Virus record (IMG/VR): IMGVR_UViG_3300036885_000119
Span: 1 to 57,882 of that record
DNA length: 57,882 bases
DNA from: a virus
Lineage: Duplodnaviria > Caudoviricetes
Direction: 5' to 3' (one strand)
This document shows positions 28,901 to 39,500 of the stretch, in pieces; positions within the stretch are counted from its first letter, which is position 1, and each line of letters starts with the position of its first letter. The notes below the pieces were generated by a model that worked only from the letters and a program-made list of their open reading frames with translations, was not told the origin of the DNA and ran no database searches. Position numbers and translations under genes: made by a program.

Positions 28901-30686
28901 GGCGGCAATTGAGGGGGAGCGCGGCTCAATGCAGAACGTGATTGATATGTTGAAAGGTGAATCCGGCGCGATAGCCACTGGTGGCAAGGTTGCAGACCCG
29001 CTCTACAGCAACGCCGCAAAAGCCGTGTCCGATATTACTATGCCAAAGGCACCCGCGAGCCAGTGGTTGTCTATGCTCGATCCTGCCAAAGGTAAGGGCA
29101 CCAAGGCCGACGAGATGAAGTGGATCGGGCTGGATGATTACCTAAAGGAAAAGGGCGACCAGACCGTTACCAAGCAGGAGATACAGGATTTCATTGAGCA
29201 GAATAAGGTGAAGTTGGAAGAGGTAACAAAAGGACAAAACCTTGGCAAAATAAATTTGAAAAGTAAATATGCTACTCCAAGAGTTGTGAAGCTTGCGAAA
29301 GAATGGCAGGGTGATGTTGATGATGCTTTGTGGCTGACCCTTGCCAATGATGGTGATGCTTATAGGGAACTTACAAAGAAGTTTCCAGAGCTTGCCAAAG
29401 ATGAAAATTGGGCCTCCACGGTTGCTGATGATGTTTATGGCGGTGGTGGAAATGTGGTTGAAACTAAGTTTGGTTCCTACCAACTCCCCGGCGGCGAAAA
29501 CTACCGGGAAGTGCTGCTGAGGCTGCCGTCGCAAAAAGTAAAAAACGAATATGTTCCAATACTTGAAAATGGCAAATGGACACTCAAGAACAACAAGAAT
29601 GGTGAAGTTTTTTTAGGCGGATTTGAGAATGAGCAAAAAGCAATAGCGGCGGCAAAAGACAGGAATGCAAGAAGTACACCGCAAGAAACCGGTTATCGTT
29701 CCCCCCACTGGGACGAACCCAACGTACTCGCCCACATGCGCCTGAATGACCGCGTTGACGCAGACGGCAAGAAGGTTCTTTTCATAGAAGAGATTCAGAG
29801 CGATTGGCACCAGGCGGGACGGAAGAAGGGGTATAAGTTCCCAAAAAATGACATGCTTGATCTTCCCGAAGGTTATGTCACGCGACAAAGGAATTTAGGC
29901 GGGGTGACATTGTTTAAGGGTGACGAGGCCGTGGGTACATTTAATTCTCGTGAAGCGGCCATAGATGGATTGAATCAGCAACGCACTCCCGCGGCCCCCT
30001 TCTCAAAAACATGGCACGAACTTGCCTTCAAGCGCATATTGCGTGAAGCCGCTGAAAAGGGTTATGACAGGGTGGAATGGACTCCGGGAGAACCGCAAGC
30101 AGAACGGTATGATTTGAGCAAGCAGATAGACAATATCGGGTATCGCCTAGACGGGGACGGAACCTATGAAATAGCTGCAATAAAAGACGGCGAAACAGTT
30201 ATCACCAAGCACGGCCAAACGCCCAATGACCTTGAAGGAATTGTTGGCAAGGACGTGACCACTAAGATTGTTAATGGCGAAGGAACACCCCGCAAGGGCG
30301 GCGGCAACGTAAGGGACTTGTCTGGAGTAGACTTGAAAGTCGGCGGCGAGGGCATGAAGGGCTTCTACGACAAAATCCTTGTCGATTACGCTAACAAGTA
30401 TGGCAAGAAGTGGGGCACAAGTGTAAAAGATGCATACTTAAATGAAACCGCTTCTAATCCAGATTTGCCAATTGCTACAGAATACGCACAGGGTAAAAAG
30501 CCTGTTCACTCCATGACCATCACCCCCGCCATGCGTGCATCTGTTATGGGTGAAGGACAGCCGATGTTCGCCGTTACCGGCGGCGCTGGCATTGCGGGCA
30601 CATTGGCCGCTATGCAGGCCAGTAGAGATAAAAATAAAAAAGGTGTTTCCGATGTTGTTTCACGTATGAAATCTAAACGCAAATAA
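25977..30686 (+). CDS. large ejection / polyvalent-type protein
   Basis: 1569 aa; C-terminal region with NYREVLL, HWDEPNVLAHMR, LFIEEIQSDWHQ, GEGMKGFYD, recognised from large polyvalent phage proteins. Confidence 0.65.
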   Translation: MSEDITDLASPVEDISDLASPVSGAAGGQQPAHVQNLMSRLGPLLMSGAKAAVGPRFVQAGKDIAAGAAARSERTERAPTLPEQALSGLGEAAGLAVGVPWELGKAAIGTTADALKSITPQPVQQAIQPAAQATESGLQKVVRGIGNIPLPGGNKVSDIPAGAVETWKQLPQRAKDITSSVGDISMVAPVGKGTQLLAKGAEKLEKGIVAPFAERMAKKDIVQKQVKVDEQIAKAVKKGISKGIKPTVVGKKTLARHDKFYLDANDAVKTIADNRDNVKIVDENGESAPHPRSSAEMAQAVDQTKKILYKQYHDMALAAGDKGAQLDVAPIIAKIDKVSKDLKENPETRAYAESLKAEIQELQGQSPEIIEARIKDLNSSLAGFYEGRTAKAKARIDGSVANLMREELDNKITGAVGEGYQGLKNKYGSLKAIEKEVNHRAIVNARKAGKSIIDMTDIFTGGDLAAGVLTMNPLLIAKGVAGRGLKELYKAINNPDRAVAAMFKKVYGLSDRAKVVSGMRKGAKIPEPPPEPPAALPAPQGTMQTQFIPGQEPGAPVPKPGIPQTIKNLGNEGGYIDLGGASAPVEPPPTAPKGAPGAAAKTPHEQLIERIRGQKPSEAPITPEIQQAQIAQLRTERDAKATEIEAQKNAKSELFPDEPITPDEIASKKNDNNIDFFKKIGYTYDEGRKVYAYNPDPADVERVWSAFGRDRRDVSQRSEELRAEIEAKRAAEQLPRGAEVPPVEGAPSQSGEVAQGESKPPQDVLPQGSETEPQGSLSPEDQATQDRLTRIAERKERKPGEVYTHDLTDNPQANRVLWRDNVRRQVKWHIDHDENGTLRDDRKDQWAYVMGESTKTGEPVNITPRTQGILQGHSFEFSAGDYGPSEMELRSEEMTPDEGKQYWTEDLGQPEGEMPVTWDEVMQEIRSAETSRGQAERVTKGHVVNAGKVEDGGEEAKYAAEQDERKSEEASHEEQAAIEGERGSMQNVIDMLKGESGAIATGGKVADPLYSNAAKAVSDITMPKAPASQWLSMLDPAKGKGTKADEMKWIGLDDYLKEKGDQTVTKQEIQDFIEQNKVKLEEVTKGQNLGKINLKSKYATPRVVKLAKEWQGDVDDALWLTLANDGDAYRELTKKFPELAKDENWASTVADDVYGGGGNVVETKFGSYQLPGGENYREVLLRLPSQKVKNEYVPILENGKWTLKNNKNGEVFLGGFENEQKAIAAAKDRNARSTPQETGYRSPHWDEPNVLAHMRLNDRVDADGKKVLFIEEIQSDWHQAGRKKGYKFPKNDMLDLPEGYVTRQRNLGGVTLFKGDEAVGTFNSREAAIDGLNQQRTPAAPFSKTWHELAFKRILREAAEKGYDRVEWTPGEPQAERYDLSKQIDNIGYRLDGDGTYEIAAIKDGETVITKHGQTPNDLEGIVGKDVTTKIVNGEGTPRKGGGNVRDLSGVDLKVGGEGMKGFYDKILVDYANKYGKKWGTSVKDAYLNETASNPDLPIATEYAQGKKPVHSMTITPAMRASVMGEGQPMFAVTGGAGIAGTLAAMQASRDKNKKGVSDVVSRMKSKRK

Positions 30687-30706
30687 CTCTCGAAAGGAGT
30701 ATATTT

Positions 30707-30988
30707 ATGGACATGAACCCCGTTGACAGAGAATCGAAACTTAACCCGCGCCCCGGCGTGCCGATCAGGACAGATGTAGACGCTCTGGCATCAAAAATCA
30801 AAGGCGACATTTCGGCGCACAACGACGAGCTTGAGTACCGCAACGCCGACCCGTCACCGGCAAAGATTATAAAGGATGTCAATTATTATCCGGCTGACCG
30901 CGCAGGGCATCCGGTAAAGAAGTTTGATCTTAGCCAGAATATAAACGCTGATGCCAGCGATCCTCACACACCAAAAACAAAGGAGTGA
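30707..30988 (+). CDS. hypothetical protein
   Basis: AAGGAG RBS; shares DALA.KI..D with the next ORF. Confidence 0.6.
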   Translation: MDMNPVDRESKLNPRPGVPIRTDVDALASKIKGDISAHNDELEYRNADPSPAKIIKDVNYYPADRAGHPVKKFDLSQNINADASDPHTPKTKE

Positions 30989-30991
30989 CAA

Positions 30992-31195
30992 ATGGAATGT
31001 TACACGCCAATTAACAAGGGCGCAGACATGCGTATGGACAAAGACGCGCTTGCCCGAAAGATTGATGCTGATTATGCGTCAAAGAAAAAGGACATAAAAG
31101 AGTTGGAAACTGACCCTGTTTCGAGCAACGGCAAGACTGGCCCGACGTATCGAAACGCCACAAAAAACCCAATAGAAGGAGCTTTCAATGTCTAA
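30992..31195 (+). CDS. hypothetical protein
   Basis: AAGGAG RBS; DKDALARKIDAD. Confidence 0.6.
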   Translation: MECYTPINKGADMRMDKDALARKIDADYASKKKDIKELETDPVSSNGKTGPTYRNATKNPIEGAFNV

Positions 31196-31337
31196 TGTAG
31201 AATACGAAAAGGAACTTAAAAAGTACAGCCCGGAATCGGTGAAGTCGCGCATGAATCACCCCAACATGGCAAAGCCGGGAAATGAAAAATGCGCTCCGGT
31301 GAGCAAGCCCACATACCCCACGGGTAGCAAGGAGTAA
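31188..31337 (+). CDS. small hypothetical protein (49 aa)
   Basis: Hand-translated; AAGGAG RBS; fills the operon gap. Confidence 0.5.
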   Translation: MSNVEYEKELKKYSPESVKSRMNHPNMAKPGNEKCAPVSKPTYPTGSKE

Positions 31338-31340
31338 CTT

Positions 31341-31796
31341 ATGAATGGAATGTTTATAAGCAAATCACGCGACCATTATTCAAAGGGAAGTGCGGATTCT
31401 GATTCTACTTCTGATGATAGGGCCGCTGATTTTGAGCGTATTACCGGCATAAAGGAAACCAACGAGGATAGGCGTTGGGTTGACAGCACAAACGCGGAAT
31501 ATATGAAAAGAAAAGCATCAGAGAAACCTTCACCAATTCCAGAACCTTCTGATAGCTCTTATGCAAAATCAAAAAACCGCTTTGGATTTGCCAAGGGTAC
31601 GGTATCGCTTAAGAAGAAAAAGAAGAACAAGTTTGCCAAGGTGATGAAGGAAGGGTACGCTGGTAAGCTACACAGTGGTAAGGCTGGACCTGTTGTAACC
31701 AAACCAGCTCAGATGAAGGCAATAGCGGCAAGTGAGGCCGGAATGTCGCGCAAAATGCCTGCACCATCCGGTATCAGGTTCACACCAAAGGGGTAG
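31341..31796 (+). CDS. basic hypothetical protein
   Basis: KVMKEGYAGKLHSG...KAIAASEA motif; FAKGT. Confidence 0.6.
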   Translation: MNGMFISKSRDHYSKGSADSDSTSDDRAADFERITGIKETNEDRRWVDSTNAEYMKRKASEKPSPIPEPSDSSYAKSKNRFGFAKGTVSLKKKKKNKFAKVMKEGYAGKLHSGKAGPVVTKPAQMKAIAASEAGMSRKMPAPSGIRFTPKG

Positions 31797-33548
31797 TTGA
31801 TGGTAAAAGACATTGTAGAACGCCTTAAAAAGCCCCTCCAGGACGTGCCAGAGGGCATAGGCCAAGTTGTAGGCAAGATTACTGGCAAGGGCCAGGATAA
31901 GCCTATTTCGCATCCTGACGAGGCTCCTAGCCCCAACGTGAGCGAAGAGGCGGTTAACCTTGTGGATAACGGACAGGTAGGCGAGGAAGAGCCGCAGCCA
32001 CCCGCAGAACCCGCTCCTATAGCCGCAAAAACGCTACCTTGGGACAATAAAATAGTGTTTTTCGGCTTTGGCAGCGTGGCGGAGTGTGTTTTACCTATCC
32101 TTTTGCGGCATTTGGAGGTGGATCTTGCCAATATCACCATTTTGGATGCTCTAGACAAGTCAAAAGTGCTTGAGAAGTGGATTGAACAGGGTGTAACCTT
32201 TGTACAGCGGCGCGTGGTAGAGGATAACTTCACCGAAACAATGGAGGAGTTTCTTTCCGAAGGTGATTTGCTCATTGATTTGGCTTACGACATAGATTGC
32301 CGTGAGCTCTTGCAATATTGCCGGGACAACGGAATACTTTACGTGAACACCAGCGTTGAGGAGTGGGACTATACAGAAGGTTTTGATGAGCGCAGCCCTT
32401 ACGATAAGAGTCTTTATGCCAGACAACAGGAACTTGACGAGGAAATCAACTCTTGGCCCGACAACAAAGGCACCACGGCGGTAATTGACCACGGCGCTAA
32501 TCCTGGCCTTATCTCCCACTTCATGAAGCAGGGATTGATTGATCTTGCCAAGAAGCGCGGGGTATCCATTGAATCTACAAAAGAAAACGATTATGCTACC
32601 CTAGCACAGAAGTTGGGCGTAAAGGTGGTACTAGACACCGAACGGGACACGCAGATAAGCAACACGCCACGACAACCAGGGGAATTTTTGAATACATGGA
32701 GTGTATTGGGGTTTGTTGAGGAGGGAACGTCACCGGCAGAACTTGGATGGGGTACACACGAAAAAGAAATGCCGGAAAACTCAACCGTGCCGGATGTTGG
32801 GCCAAAAAATCAGATATTTCTTTCAAGAATGGGGATGGACACTAAAGTGAAAGTTTTTGTTCCTCACAATAAAGATGATACAATTGAGATAACCCAAAAA
32901 GACGTTGACAAAAACAATGAGGCAACGGGCAATAGGGCTGAAATGATTAGTACCACGGAAGAAGGAGACCAAATTGTTGGAGTTTTGATTAGACATGGAG
33001 AAAGTTATTCCATTTCCCGCTTCTTGACAACAAAAGACAATAAATACCGCCCTACAAGTTATTATGGATATTGCATGGCGGATTGCGCCATTGCATCAAT
33101 GAATGAGCTTCGTGGTAATGATTACCGGCCACTGCCTAGACAAAGAATAATTTATGATAATGAGATTGTCGGTGGAGCCGATACGTTAGGGTGCCTAATA
33201 GGAGGATATGATAAAAAACATATTTGGTGGTGTGGAACATCTTTAAATATAAGGGACGCGAAAAGATTAGTTCCTTTACAAAATAGCACAACTATTCAAG
33301 TGAGCATATCTCTTGTTGCGGCTGTTATGTGGGCAATAGAAAATCCCCAAAATGGATTTTGCAGAGTAGAGGATTTGCCACATGATTATATACTTAATAT
33401 TTGTAAACCATATTTGGGCCAATTCATAAGTAAAGAATTTACCTGGAACCCTGGACTGCATGCGACTAATTGGTTTAACGAACGCAAAGATAAGGAAATT
33501 GATAAGGCAAACTTGTGGGGATTTCAGAACTTTTTAGTCAGAGAATAG
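31797..33548 (+). CDS. hss: homospermidine synthase with acidic/Pro-rich N-terminal extension
   Basis: GFGSVA NAD-binding, YVNTSVEEW, HGANPGLISHF, NTWSVLGFVEEG, ELGWGTHE, HGE, NSTTIQV. Confidence 0.92.
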   Translation: MMVKDIVERLKKPLQDVPEGIGQVVGKITGKGQDKPISHPDEAPSPNVSEEAVNLVDNGQVGEEEPQPPAEPAPIAAKTLPWDNKIVFFGFGSVAECVLPILLRHLEVDLANITILDALDKSKVLEKWIEQGVTFVQRRVVEDNFTETMEEFLSEGDLLIDLAYDIDCRELLQYCRDNGILYVNTSVEEWDYTEGFDERSPYDKSLYARQQELDEEINSWPDNKGTTAVIDHGANPGLISHFMKQGLIDLAKKRGVSIESTKENDYATLAQKLGVKVVLDTERDTQISNTPRQPGEFLNTWSVLGFVEEGTSPAELGWGTHEKEMPENSTVPDVGPKNQIFLSRMGMDTKVKVFVPHNKDDTIEITQKDVDKNNEATGNRAEMISTTEEGDQIVGVLIRHGESYSISRFLTTKDNKYRPTSYYGYCMADCAIASMNELRGNDYRPLPRQRIIYDNEIVGGADTLGCLIGGYDKKHIWWCGTSLNIRDAKRLVPLQNSTTIQVSISLVAAVMWAIENPQNGFCRVEDLPHDYILNICKPYLGQFISKEFTWNPGLHATNWFNERKDKEIDKANLWGFQNFLVRE

Positions 33549-33570
33549 GTATATTATATAGTTAGGTATT

Positions 33571-36500
33571 ATGGCACGAAGAACGTTTGAAAAACGCAGC
33601 AGGGCACAGAACCAAGAGCCAATCACTCGTATGCGTGATCAGTTTTTTGGCGAGACATCTGATATGCCTGGTGCCGCTATCGACAAAAAATTCCAGCTTT
33701 CCCTTGTAAATCAGGTTTGTTACGGCAGCTTCGTAAAGTCGCGTGATGGTATAACAGACAGACAAGATGACAATATGGGATTGCCGCCACTATTCGGCGC
33801 TAATCCTGGCAGTTATTATACAATATCATCCATGTCGCAATTGGGAACTACTGTCACCGTAGTTGGTTATAGTTTTACTTCTGCCGATATAGGTAAATTT
33901 GTTTGCTATGATAATAAGGATGGATATTTCAACGGTAGTAATGCTGCAATTTACCAAACGGCTAAAATTACCGACGTGGGGGTTGGGACAGCAAACAATA
34001 CCTGCACAGTAGACTTACCGCAAACTGTTACCAGCCGTATAGGACAGTTTAAATACCCGCTTAACGGACAATGGTTCAATGCTTATAATCAGAAAAATAT
34101 CGTTCATGTAGGGACTACGCTTTACCAGTGTTCTCCGGGGGATTATTCTTGGGCGGCTATAACGCAGGTAGGCGTAAGCCCTATTCCCAACTGCAAAACG
34201 ATAATCAGGGACAATGACAATCTGGTAGTTTTAATTCCAGACAACGATCCTTTCGGCAATAGCTCTCCGACAAATCTTTATCTTGGAATATGGATAATTG
34301 ACACGGAGAACAATCAATACTGGAAGGCCGCAGAAAATAACACTGCTTATCCTCAGTATAGTGTAGATGCACCGCTAAAAAACTGTACAGATGCACCTAT
34401 CACAAATGGTTATAATAGGCGGTATCTTTATACCAAAAGTCGCTTTGTTGGTGATTCGTCAAATTACCCAATATTTGCTAATAGAAATATAAGCACAGAG
34501 AATGAGCTACAACACGAATCGGGCGCACAGCAGTTCGGGCCAACCATAAAAGACCCCGACTATACGCTGCTTGGCACGGCAACTGCTAATGGACAACTGT
34601 ATGGACAATTAACGTTTTACCCAACAATAAGTTATTTTACTCCCGGCAGTACTTATGCTTTTGCTCTTGCGGAATCAGGAGCAGCAGCAAAAACCATACT
34701 GTTCAATATGTCAACAATTACTCCGGTAACTATTGACACCATAAGGGACTCTATTGCGCCGGGAATTATCTCTTATTTTCCTGACATTCTGGTTGAAACT
34801 AACAGCAATAACTCTGGTGTTCCTATAGGGGCGATACGGCTTACCACAACAGTTAACTATTTGAGCTATTTTACGTCGCCTACCGTTCAGCCAATTTCGG
34901 GAACGAACTGGCTAAATGGAGAAACGGGAAATCCTGGGGCTTTACTAAGTGATAATGGAGCACAGACAAACGGAAAACTAATATGCTATCCATCGTTGTC
35001 AAATTTTACACCGGGCGGCACATACGAATTTGATCTTCCTGTCTATGTTAATACTAATACGTGGTCACCAAAGACGGGAACGAATCTTGGCAACCATTAT
35101 GCTGTTTGTTACGGCAATGGTATTTATGTTGCGGTAGGCCCCGGATTGATTCAAACATCTACGGATGGAAATTCATGGACAACCAGGCTTTCGGGCACCT
35201 TTTCCAGTATTCTTTACGCTGTCGCATATTATAGCTATCAAGGTGTTCAAAAATTTGTAGCCGTAGGCCAAGGTGGGGTAATATTAATTTCTGATTCTAC
35301 AGGAACAACGTGGACTCAGAAAACATCAAATACAACACGGGATTTGAAAGGCATAGCACAGGGATATGCGGGTAAACTTGTCGCGGTTGGCGGCAGAGAT
35401 ATTGCTACCTCTGCTGATGCTGGAAATACATGGGCAAAGACGACAATAAATCCGTGCGCAATTGTTTATAACGGCACTAACCTTTATGTGATTGTTGGTC
35501 CTTCTGGCTTAATCCAAACCTCTCCAGACGAAACAACATGGTATACGCAAACATCTGGTACTACAAAAAATATCAACGCAATTATATGGGACGGAACCAA
35601 CTTTGTTGCTGTGGGAGATTACGGAACAATAATTACTTCTACGAATGGGACGGCTTGGATTATACGATCTTCTGGACAAATTAGTAACCTGAAATCGGTT
35701 GCTTTTGCAAATTCAACCTATGTCGCAGTAGGTGATTTAGCAACTATTGTTAGATCAAGCGACTTGGTAACGTGGACAGGTATAGTTCCTTTCACGCCGA
35801 TGGATTTTACTTCAATAACTCATTACACTGGTATATGGGTTGCTGTTGGAAGAAACTCGACGGGTTATCATGTAAATATAGTTTTTTCAAAACAATCCGA
35901 CGCTTCTGCTTGGGGTGGTTATACTTTTCTTCCCCAAAATTACAATTTAAACTCTGTGACAGCAGACTCAAACGGAAACATTACGGTTGTTGGAGATGAT
36001 GGGATAATTGCTTCTGTCCTCGCAAGTTTAATCATGGGAGATGATAGTGTTTTTCAAATACGAACTTCTGGGGTAACTGCTAACTTAAATTCAGTTACAA
36101 ACTATACTAATATTCTAATTGCTGTTGGTGATTCTGGAAAAGTAACAACCTCGACAAATTCAACCACTTGGACACCCAAAACAACAAACATAACCGACAA
36201 TCTTATTTGTGTCGCTTATGGAAATGCCAAATATATCGCAACCACAGATAAGGGAATAATGTATGATTCTTCTGACGCAACAACATGGACTCTGAAAACT
36301 ACTGCAACAATAGGAGGAAGTTTCCGAGGAATTGTCTATACGAGCCAGTACGTGATTGTTGGAGATGCAGGAACAGTATTTACTTCCGCAGACGCATTAA
36401 CGTGGACAAAACGAAGTTTACCCATTGCCAACAATTTACTTGCACTTACTTACGGAAACAGTCTTTATATTACTGTTGGTAGTGGTGGCGCAATTTTCAC

Positions 36501-39500
36501 TTCTGACGATGCCATTACTTGGGAATCGCAACAATCAGGAATTACAACCGACCTATTTTCTATCGCTTATGGCAACGCTCTTTTCAGGGCATCGGGAAAC
36601 GGCGGGAAGATCATTTCTTCGGCAGACGGGATTACTTGGGGCGCGGAAGTGTCCGGGGTGACATCAGACCTTAATTCAATAATTTTTGTCAATTCTGCCA
36701 GTGATTTTGCCACAATAGGTTTTTTGATTTCCGGTTCAAGCACGCCGGTATTTTTAATTTCCGGGCCGCAATGGGATAATGTACAAATAGCTTTTATATT
36801 GTCAGATCAAGACCCTGTTACCATAAACAGCTTGATAGATTCTTTTGCTTCAATAATTACATCGCGGTATCCTGACATAACTATTACGCAGGCGACGGAT
36901 GGAACAGGTGCATGGATACAGGCCATACTAATAGCAACTACAGTACATCAACTAAATTACCTTACTAATTCAGTAGTGCCGGATGTCAGCGGAGCGGGAA
37001 GGCTCAATGCTAATAGTATTGCAAATGGGGCGTTGCTGGTTGATTTGACAACTGTGGCAGCAAAATATTTTAATGATAATTTGTCACCTAATACTAGCGG
37101 TACAGCCTGTGATCCGGCCACGCACTATAGCGTTTATGGTACTGAAGATATAAATACCAATGATGTTCTTACGGTTGGCAACGATCCAAATGCCTTTGCC
37201 CTTCTTGATGATATACCCATAATGAAAGCTTTTTATGGTGATGGCTCTACATCCGGGTTACAAATTACTTCTGGTACGGACATAGGCACTTTCACAACAA
37301 AGCAGGGACATTTTACCACTGCTGACGTGGGAAGAATAATGCCTATTGTGTGGCAGTGGCCATACGGAACAGCCTTTGGATATTATCTTGCATGGGCAAA
37401 AATATTATCTCTTGTATCTGGATCAACAACCTCGGTAAATATCCAACTTACGATTGATGGTGTGAATCCATTTACACTTTTTACATTTATTGACCCTAGT
37501 TATTGCTATGACTACCTTAAAGCTTGGGCAACGATAGAAAGCCATTGGATATTCGATTGTTCATTGTCTGGAAAAACCATGACCGTAAACCATATATGGT
37601 CTACCAACAAAAGTGGAATAAATGGCACCGCACTACAAAACTATACTCTTGGCTCGTATGCTCCTTATGTTCTTACTCCACAAGTAGGCGAACAATGTTT
37701 TCTTGATTATGGCGATATTAGGATTGTTACCACTTATGATAGCATAGCTCAGACAATCACTGTAGATGCTAATTTTGCTACAGAAGCTGCCGCCTGTATG
37801 GCGTTTAGGGCAATGAATTGGTCTTATCTCGATAGCTATACAGATGCTGAAATATCACCCAAAATCGGAAATTTTGGTATCAAAACTCGTTTCATGAGAG
37901 CAATTCCTTGGGACGGATCAAGTCGTTTTTGCGGAGAAATGCTGCCTGGCTTTCTTATTGCAAGTTGTAATATTTCGTACTATTATTCGGAGCTTCCTAA
38001 TAATTACAGATACCTGATTGGAGATTATGACCCAAATCATCAGACCGATAAGGTGTCTGAACCAATTACGGCGTTTAGTTCACATTCCGATGCGGTTGGT
38101 ATATTCTCTTTGAAGTCGTGTCATGTTGTTCAAACCAACCTTGATATAGACTTTACCGATGAATCAAATGGTATGATTGTCAGAGTTCTTCCTCCACCGA
38201 AAATCATTGGAGAAAATAACGGATGTGATGGTATGGATGAATTGTGCAAAATTGACGCTGGTCTATATGCGGTTATACTGTATAAAACTGCGGATATTTG
38301 TTTATTTGACGGAAACTCTTTCGGAGATTCTTTATCGCTTGGTAAAATAAGAAATAAAATTTTTAAACTGTTTGAGAGAACCATTGATTATGATCCTCAA
38401 TATGGGCTATTTGTAAGAGGAAATGACCTATCTGGTCTATGCTATGAAAATAACAGGTTTTATTATATAATACTTCCCGGCATGTTTGCCATTGGGCAGG
38501 GAGAATTTAATGATTTGCCCCTTGGAGAAATGGGTGTTCATTTTATTAACAACAAATTCTCTTATCTGTATAATGCTCTTATTATGAGCAAAACGGGTGA
38601 TTCTGTTCCTGTTCGTGCTGTGCCGGGAGAATTTTTCAGGTTCAATTATGCCGCTATTGACAACTCAAATATGTATGATGATTACTACTACACCTTGTGC
38701 ATTATGGCACCTATTACATCAACCCATATAACCTCTGACGATACCGGAACATCGCAAGCATTTTTTATAGAGCAAATGGAATCTCATATTTTCTTGAACC
38801 CTGATAAATCGAATATTGATCCTGTTGGTGGTGTTTCTTTTATAGATTCTGTTCCGGGAAGCAGTTATCCCGTGACTCCATTAACTATTGCCATGACCGC
38901 ACAAAATGACATAGGGCAAACCGTAACGGTTTCCTCTATGGTAGGTAATAATGATGATATAAATTTCGACTTAAAAGTAAGAGGCCACAGGATAAGGTAT
39001 TCCATTACGTTCAACGGCGCTGGTTGGCAGATGACGGGGCTTCTGTCGTATTACAAATCAAGCGATAAGCGAACACCTACTAATTCTGGAGACACCGAAC
39101 ATACGTCGCAGGCAGTTATTTTGTCGCCGGTAGCCGGAATTGGCCGCACTTCTCAACTTCTTAGCCTCGCTAGTGGAAATGTTTTGCAGGGTATGACCAC
39201 GCTAGGGGTAGGCGCTCTTTCCACTATTGCAAGAATATTAGGGCCGGACGGTAATACTTATTCTGCTTATGTTAATATTGGACAGGTTGGTTTATGTATT
39301 CCTTCAATAATTGACATGACAAATCATGCTTTTGCTATTGGGTTTTGGTATAATCCAGCAGCGGCGACCAGCGCCAATGGTATTGTGATAGAATCTTTAT
39401 TTTTACCATATCAATCAACTATTTCTATTGATGGGGTGACTGGAAAATTAATAGCACACGATCCGGCAGACCCTGACGATTCTGTTACTATTCCGACGAG

